Source: a virus | Lineage: Duplodnaviria > Caudoviricetes | Direction: 5' to 3' (one strand) | Virus record (IMG/VR): IMGVR_UViG_3300022594_000001 | Length of the DNA: 64,000 bases | Part shown: positions 58,501 through 64,000 of the stretch, piece by piece | Layout of the letters: the number at the start of each line of letters is the position of its first letter | How positions within the stretch are numbered: position 1 is the stretch's first letter | The notes under the pieces: generated by a model | The model's input: only the letters and a program-made list of their open reading frames with translations | Told to the model about the DNA's origin: nothing | The model's database searches: none | Program-made: the position numbers and the translations under genes

Positions 58501-61500
58501 GGATCAGTACCTTCATTTACATTAACAACGCCAACTGGCGGTACAGGTAATGCCTATACAGCAGGATACGCTAATGCTGCCCGTTTAGTTTATGCTAATA
58601 AGTCATTCTTGCAAGCTGAAGTAACAGCATACATGGCTCTTAACTATAGTTCATTGTGGTCTAGCTTAGGAGCTGGCGGTCAAGCTAACTGTACACGTGA
58701 TATCGGCTACCAAGTTGATGCACTACGTTACGACTTAACATACGGCGGTAACTTAGAAACAGTTGTTACAGCACGTTCATACTACAGCAACGGCACATTT
58801 GTTGAAGCAAGTAATGAAAAGACAGCAGCTTTAGCAGTACAAACAAGATTACAAGCAATTATTTCTAACATTGCTCAAGGTATTGCAATTACTCGTACAT
58901 CAGGTAACGTTGCTACTCAAGACGTTAGTGGTACAGGTGGCTCATCAGCTGCTGGTACACAAGCAGTTAACCGTGTTCAAGAAGTTTACAATACAATTAA
59001 TACTGGTTTAACACCGACTACTATTGTTCCTGATACAAGTTGGGTTTCGAGTGATTTGTTAGCTGCATTTAATCAAATTCAAGCAACAAAGTCATTAATA
59101 CAAGCTGGTGCAATTGCAGCTATTAATAAACAATACCCAACATTAGTTTACAATACTTCAACATGTTCGCGTGACGTTGGATACATTATTGATGCATTGT
59201 GCTATGACTTTATGTTTAACAGCAACTTCCGTAGTGCTAAAGCAGCAATGGCTTACTACAGAGCAACAAGTTCTGCACAGATTGTAATTAACAATCAGTT
59301 ATCACAGACTCGTTATACAAACTCATACATTAGCACAGCATTACAGCATTTAGCTACTGGAACAGTTGGCGACACAGGAAGCACAGCAGCAATTAGTTCT
59401 ATCCTAACTAATGCAGCAACTATGACACGTATTTTAAATACCGGTCTAAGTTCATTACCTACATTTACATTTACTAACCCAACTGGCTACAACGTAGGGT
59501 TCTTAACTGGTTACGGTGATGGTAAAGCACAGATTGTACAAAACTATCAGTTTATTAAAGACGAAATCAGTGCATATTTAAACACAAACTACAATTCAGT
59601 TTGGACTGCACTAGGAGCTGGTGGACAGGCTAACTGTCAACGTGACGTTGGATATCTATTAGATGCGTTGCAATACGATATGACGTACGGTGGCAACACC
59701 CAGACATTAATTGCAGGTAGTGCATATTTCTCATACGGTACATTGGCTATTGCAAGTACAGAAAAGACAGCTACTATAAACGCATACGGAAGATTACAAA
59801 CTGTTATCAATTACATTGTAACAGCAAATACAAGTTGGACAAAATCAACTGGCAACGTTACTTCACAGGTAACTACAGGTACGGCAGGCAGCGCCGGAGC
59901 AAGTACATTTGCTCAAGCTCGTATAGGTGATATTGTAAGCTGGATTACAAACGGTACAGCGCCATCAACTGTTTCACCAACAGCAGCAATAGCATTGGCA
60001 AGTACTGCACTGCAAAACGGTTATAACGCATTGCAAACTTATAAAACTGAAATCCAAGGCGACACCGTTGGTTGGGTAAACAAGTTCTATCAATCAATGA
60101 ACTTTACATCTGCAACATGTTACCGTGATGCAGGATATATTGTTGATGCATTAGCATACGACTTAGTATTTGGTACAAACTTTAATTCGATTAAAGCCGG
60201 TATGGCATACTACAGAGCAACAACAAGTGCTCAGTATGTAATTGCAAATCAATTAGCAGCAGAAATTGGTTCAATTAATTTCATTGCACAAAAAGCTAAG
60301 AGAATTGCAGCATACGGATCTGCCGCTCAGATTACTACAACTATTGATGATATTATTTTATCAATTGCAGGTGTAGTAACTCCGACAGCAACAGCTACTG
60401 CGGTAGGTGGTAATATTACAGTTTCTAGTACATCTGGATTATATGTCGGTATGTCAGTTGTTGCAAGTGCGGCACTTGGTGGCATTGCTAATGGATTTAC
60501 CTACTGGGTCAGCTCGATTGTTGATAGTGTAACAATTCAAATTACAAATACATACGGAAGCGCAACTCCGATTACTTTATCAAATGCCACAGGTAGCATT
60601 ATATTAACAATCGGTGGATTATATGAATCATGCGGTACAAACGTATATAACAACGTATTGTCCACAATTAACGGCGCCGAAATTTTACGTGCTAACAAGG
60701 CGTTCTTATCAAATGAAGCAACTGCTTGGGTAACACAAAGCTACGGTGGAACAGCAACTGCAACTACTGCATCTAATGGACGCATTACTACAGGTTCTGC
60801 ACACAATTTAACAGTTGGGGACCCTGTTGTATTTACAGGTACCACATTTGGTGGTGTATCAGTTAATACAACTTATTATGTTTTAACAACACCAACTACA
60901 ACGGCATTTACTATTACAACAACTCAAGGCTCATCTACACCTGTAGCATTATCTGATGCAACTGGCACAATGACAGTTCGTTATAGTTTTAGCACTTCAC
61001 TATGTCAGCGTGACATGAGTACTTACGTTGACGCACTAATTTATGATGTATGCTACTTAGGTAACTACAAGTCATTAAGAGCTGCAACATTATATAAAAA
61101 CGCCGTTAACGGTTCATTATTATCAGACATGTTCTACTTACGTAACGGAACTGGTGTACGTAACATGACATTAAGTGGTTTAACTGGAACACTAACTACT
61201 GCTAACAGTTATGGAACCAAACGTCCAACTGCTGGTGCATATACATCGTTGGACCCAGGATTTGGACCAACCGACAGCAACGTGTGGATTACACCACGTT
61301 CTCCATATGTACAAAACGTTACAACATTTGGTACAGCTTGCGTTGGATGTAAGATTGACGGAGCATTACACGTAGGTGGTAACCGTTCTATCGTTTCAAA
61401 CGACTTTACACAAGTTCTAAGTGACGGTATCGGTGTATGGTGTACTGGGCATAATGCGTTAACAGAGCTTGTTTCAGTGTTCTCATACTACAATTATGCA

Positions 61501-64000
61501 GGTTACTTGGCAGAATTAGGTGGTAAGATCCGTGCTACTAACGGTAACAACTCATACGGAACATACGGTTCATTAGCCGAAGGTGTTGATACTTATGAAG
61601 CACCGGTAACAGCTACAATTAATAACCGCTATTACCAAGCACAGATTACAAACGTTGTTACAAACGGTACAGATAATATCTACAGACTTGAATTCCAAAA
61701 CGCAGGCTCTGGATACAATACTGCTACTTACTCATTGAGCGGTACTGGTTACAACGCAATTATTGATAAACCAGAATTCCGTGACGGTGCTGTATACGAA
61801 ACTCGTTTAACAGCAAACGGTGCTAACTATGTGTCTATTTCAAACGTAGCACAGGGCGGCAATGCAACAAGCATTACAATTGCTGCAACTGACCAAGCAA
61901 TTAGTGCTGCTTATATTGGTATGAGAGTTTTGATTACTTCAGGTACAGGCGTTGGACAAACTGGTTACTTCTTAACATACAACTCAGGTACAAAAGCAGG
62001 TACAGTTGCTAAAGAAAGTTTTAATACAATAAACGTAACAGCAGCTGGATCTAACTTGTTAACTGTAGCAAACACTGCTACATTGTATGCTAACATGCCG
62101 ATTCAATTTACTGGATCAATCCTAACAGGTTGCACATTAACAACAGGCACAACATATTATGTAATTGGATCGACTATTACGTCAACACAATTTAGCGTTG
62201 CTGCTGGTTCAGGCGGAACAACTCCGCTAAGTGTTGGTACTAGTTCAGGCGGTGGCCCGATGACTATCAACGCTGTTGGTTGGGATCATATGATTACTGG
62301 TACATCTGTTGTTGCTAATTTAGACTTAACAACAGCGTACATTATTGAACCAAGATTAGTATACGCTAGCCCTTCATTCTCAGCAACCGCTGGTACTATT
62401 ACTAGTGCGGCATATTCTGATATGGTTTACGGCGACACTATTGCTACATACAACGGTTCAGGTTCAGCAGGTGTAGCACACACAGGCGGTTCAGGTAGCA
62501 ATGCAACATTTACAGTTGTTAGATCAGGTGTTGCTTACACAGTCACTGGTAACGTTGCTGGTACTAACTACAAATATGGCGACACTTTAACTATTGCTGG
62601 AACATTGTTAGGCGGAACAAGCCCTGCAAACGATATAACTATCACAGTTAATAACGTTAATGCAAGCACAGGCGCAGTACAAAACTTTACATACACTGGT
62701 ACTGGTGTAGGTGGTTATTTTGTAACAGTAACTGGTGGCAGTACAGCTACACAAATTAGTTCTAATGGTACTACATTTGCAGCGGGTGGTGTATTGACAT
62801 CAAGTACGCTTTGGAATTCAGTAGCATATGGTAACGGACGTTGGGTTACAATTAGTAACTTAAACGGTATATCTAATTTCACTACAGATCCTACCGCAGC
62901 ATGGACACTTGGAGGAACCCTTCCAACAACATCAGCTGGTTGGCAAGCTATTTGCTACGGAAACGGTGCATTTATGGCTATACAGACTGGTAGCACAAAT
63001 GCAGCATATTCGACAAATGGTGTAACATGGTACGCAACTTCAGCACTACCAGCAAATACAGCATGGACTGGTGTTGCTTATGGTAACGGTGTTTATGTTG
63101 CAGTAGCAAGTGGTGGCACACAGGCTGCAATTAGTACAGATGGACTTTCATGGACTAGCAAAACATTGCCAACAACTGCAAACTGGTCAAGTGTAACATT
63201 TGGTAAAGGTGTGTTTGTAGCAGTTGCAACTGGTAGCGCAATTACTGCTTACAGTAAAGACGGTATTACTTGGGTACAATCAGTTCCTGGTATGCCAACA
63301 AGTTCAACATGGTCTAAAGTACGCTACGGAAACGGTGTTTTTGCAGCAATTACATCTGGATCAGGAAACGTACTAGCAAGCTCAGAAAACGGTAAAGATT
63401 GGACAGCGAAAACCCTAGCAACTACACAAGCATGGGCAGCAATTGCATACGGCAATCCAAGCTCAACACCATTATGGGTATGTATGGGTACTTCTACTAC
63501 AGTATCGAACTACTTAACATTAGGTTGTACTGCACAAGCTCGTGCTAAGGTAACTAACGGTGCAATTAGTGAAATTAGAATGGTAGAACCTGGATCAGGA
63601 TACACTTCTATACCGTCACTATCGATTGTTGATCCTAACACAACACAGTCTGCTACTATTGGAATTAGAACTGGTGTTGGCGCATTAGCTAACCCAACAT
63701 TTAGCAACAGAGGTTTACAATACGCAACGGCAACTGCTACAGTTTTGGGTAACGGTTATGCAGATATGTATCAAGCAGGTTACTACGTGAACGTAGCTGG
63801 ATTATTGTCGCAGCCAACAGCTGGATCAAACATCCAAATTGCACTAAACGGTAACTATTATAAACTTGTACAAGTAAGCAATTACTTAGGAACACAAGGA
63901 AACAGCCAAGGTGGATCTAGTCCATATACAGCAAGATTCCAAATTAGTCCTGCGTTAACAGCTTCAAATGCTCCTGCGCACAGTACAGCAGTAACAATGC
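55579..64000 (+). CDS. Giant fibre-like virion protein, more than 2807 aa, partial at the right edge; paralog of 49648-55518 with phycobiliprotein-like repeats; not in the supplied ORF track
   Basis: MAEFKLGRIRFIWKNNW (paralog: MAEFKIPRIRFTWKGDW). Frame 1 was open in every segment I translated and is still in register at 64000 (ASNAPAHSTAVTM aligns to the paralog's IALAPEHSTIVSI). About 200 aa probably lie beyond the window. Confidence 0.88.
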   Translation, partial: MAEFKLGRIRFIWKNNWSTGVTYLKDDIVRYGGKTYLCVVGHTADADFYNDLDNVPTRWNQVSDGSEWKDNWTTNHYYKVNDLVKYGGRLYLCNTGHTSNASADSSTSPDITAGLEADQSKWDLYATSFDWKGNWTTGTRYKVDDVVRYGGISYVCNTGHHSASTANTDSDGLEADLSKWDTYAKGFDWIGNWSPNYRYKQNDVVLYGGTTYVCNTGHQSAATNALGLEADQGLWDYFHKGIVFLGNWTTGTRYKVNDIVKQGSDLWICVTNHTSSVFLTDQANWSLFVNGLEFENSWSNSTTYQPGDIVSYGGYAYVAVTNNLNKTPTSNLSDWNLFTTGFSFQGDWALSTSYLVGHVVRLNGYTYVSLLDHTADSVNLPPNQTYWSRLNSGVKWAATAQTFTNVSGTNVIGSGTGATFDVTLTNTKYSAVVHTGSAGSGYATNDTIKILGSSLGGVTPANDLILTVTASGGAVQTVVSTGFSVTWASGTSYVLGDSVAMGVNSYICILAHVGSSGNRPDNDTTGTYWNLISTGSISAILTTQGDTIYYGGAGPTRLPIGTDGQVLRVTNNTPAWSYFGVVNNVVYVANSGTDISGNGQGLTIDKPWKTVRYAAKQIEDGYLNPNAASLLAKNKQFIVKELNNYVQNTFKCTVSSASTTLFTCDSTAGLYVGMPISFTGTVGGVASGTTYYVFDIPGGTTFGISNTYGGGRRGLSTATGSMTGSYVYDQTRTERDSGIILDALVYDISHSGTYQTTQAALAYFTSSGSSYVSGVYAYDIGAFVNTLNYMKVLTANIINNQPPATNYQSSNGVLLANQAIQNIDYSLTTESGVATTISALVSIITTGLSAGTTSAIPAVINPGTTISVKTGTYSEILPIVVPRNTAVVGDELRSSVIQPATANINLTNDKPKTISVLTRMKSIIPTLLTNGTVTPTSGNTTAQAYVNGFSGSTTAVSRISANSTVIDTILSGGLGSVPSFTLTTPTGGTGNAYTAGYANAARLVYANKSFLQAEVTAYMALNYSSLWSSLGAGGQANCTRDIGYQVDALRYDLTYGGNLETVVTARSYYSNGTFVEASNEKTAALAVQTRLQAIISNIAQGIAITRTSGNVATQDVSGTGGSSAAGTQAVNRVQEVYNTINTGLTPTTIVPDTSWVSSDLLAAFNQIQATKSLIQAGAIAAINKQYPTLVYNTSTCSRDVGYIIDALCYDFMFNSNFRSAKAAMAYYRATSSAQIVINNQLSQTRYTNSYISTALQHLATGTVGDTGSTAAISSILTNAATMTRILNTGLSSLPTFTFTNPTGYNVGFLTGYGDGKAQIVQNYQFIKDEISAYLNTNYNSVWTALGAGGQANCQRDVGYLLDALQYDMTYGGNTQTLIAGSAYFSYGTLAIASTEKTATINAYGRLQTVINYIVTANTSWTKSTGNVTSQVTTGTAGSAGASTFAQARIGDIVSWITNGTAPSTVSPTAAIALASTALQNGYNALQTYKTEIQGDTVGWVNKFYQSMNFTSATCYRDAGYIVDALAYDLVFGTNFNSIKAGMAYYRATTSAQYVIANQLAAEIGSINFIAQKAKRIAAYGSAAQITTTIDDIILSIAGVVTPTATATAVGGNITVSSTSGLYVGMSVVASAALGGIANGFTYWVSSIVDSVTIQITNTYGSATPITLSNATGSIILTIGGLYESCGTNVYNNVLSTINGAEILRANKAFLSNEATAWVTQSYGGTATATTASNGRITTGSAHNLTVGDPVVFTGTTFGGVSVNTTYYVLTTPTTTAFTITTTQGSSTPVALSDATGTMTVRYSFSTSLCQRDMSTYVDALIYDVCYLGNYKSLRAATLYKNAVNGSLLSDMFYLRNGTGVRNMTLSGLTGTLTTANSYGTKRPTAGAYTSLDPGFGPTDSNVWITPRSPYVQNVTTFGTACVGCKIDGALHVGGNRSIVSNDFTQVLSDGIGVWCTGHNALTELVSVFSYYNYAGYLAELGGKIRATNGNNSYGTYGSLAEGVDTYEAPVTATINNRYYQAQITNVVTNGTDNIYRLEFQNAGSGYNTATYSLSGTGYNAIIDKPEFRDGAVYETRLTANGANYVSISNVAQGGNATSITIAATDQAISAAYIGMRVLITSGTGVGQTGYFLTYNSGTKAGTVAKESFNTINVTAAGSNLLTVANTATLYANMPIQFTGSILTGCTLTTGTTYYVIGSTITSTQFSVAAGSGGTTPLSVGTSSGGGPMTINAVGWDHMITGTSVVANLDLTTAYIIEPRLVYASPSFSATAGTITSAAYSDMVYGDTIATYNGSGSAGVAHTGGSGSNATFTVVRSGVAYTVTGNVAGTNYKYGDTLTIAGTLLGGTSPANDITITVNNVNASTGAVQNFTYTGTGVGGYFVTVTGGSTATQISSNGTTFAAGGVLTSSTLWNSVAYGNGRWVTISNLNGISNFTTDPTAAWTLGGTLPTTSAGWQAICYGNGAFMAIQTGSTNAAYSTNGVTWYATSALPANTAWTGVAYGNGVYVAVASGGTQAAISTDGLSWTSKTLPTTANWSSVTFGKGVFVAVATGSAITAYSKDGITWVQSVPGMPTSSTWSKVRYGNGVFAAITSGSGNVLASSENGKDWTAKTLATTQAWAAIAYGNPSSTPLWVCMGTSTTVSNYLTLGCTAQARAKVTNGAISEIRMVEPGSGYTSIPSLSIVDPNTTQSATIGIRTGVGALANPTFSNRGLQYATATATVLGNGYADMYQAGYYVNVAGLLSQPTAGSNIQIALNGNYYKLVQVSNYLGTQGNSQGGSSPYTARFQISPALTASNAPAHSTAVTM

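Noticed and set aside
57440-61110. Assigning a cyanobacterial host from the phycobiliprotein-like repeats
   Set aside because: No photosynthesis or other host-diagnostic genes are in the window, and the repeats are too divergent to indicate recent capture.
1812-63707. Many 60-130-aa ORFs nested in or antisense to long genes (e.g. 22706-23086, 29997-30386, 34650-35042, 53598-53918, 63510-63707)
   Set aside because: Shadow frames expected from the biased codon usage of the long genes; no RBS or family motifs.
1-64000. CRISPR array, tRNA or rRNA genes, IS elements, DGR
   Set aside because: No repeat-spacer periodicity, cloverleaf, transposase or reverse transcriptase was seen; almost all space is coding. 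The scan was by eye only.

Overview
This is a 64 kb fragment of a large T4-like contractile-tailed phage (probably a jumbo myovirus; host not determinable from this window). It is almost entirely the virion morphogenesis region. On the minus strand (1-23052) is a baseplate operon: tube initiator-like, gp53/LysM-like, hub, gp5-like spike, gp25, gp6, a giant 4530-aa wedge/fibre protein, and a partial downstream gene. On the plus strand is a gp55 late sigma-gp47-gp46 block, then a GIY-YIG-type endonuclease and a 517-nt highly structured non-coding tract. Next come a gp26-like tail chaperone (minus), a tape-measure-like gene, the head module (gp20, core, gp21, gp22, gp23) and a run of paralogous, very large fibre/spike-like proteins. 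The last of these (55579 to beyond 64000) is missing from the supplied ORF track because it runs off the end. T4-type late promoters (xxTAAATA, mostly xATAAATA) precede most structural units, and UUCG-type terminator hairpins are visible. Three observations stand out. (1) The last giant virion protein has six repeats that match the phycobiliprotein chromophore helix in register (C-x-R-D-x-G/S-Y); four are ~158 aa apart in an A-B-A-B pattern. (2) The gp26-like chaperone ends in a canonical -1 frameshift signal (T TTT TTC, 5-nt spacer, hairpin) leading into a start-less gp51-like extension. (3) A candidate large ornate ncRNA lies directly behind the GIY-YIG gene. All family assignments come from motif recognition by eye and gene order; no searches were run.
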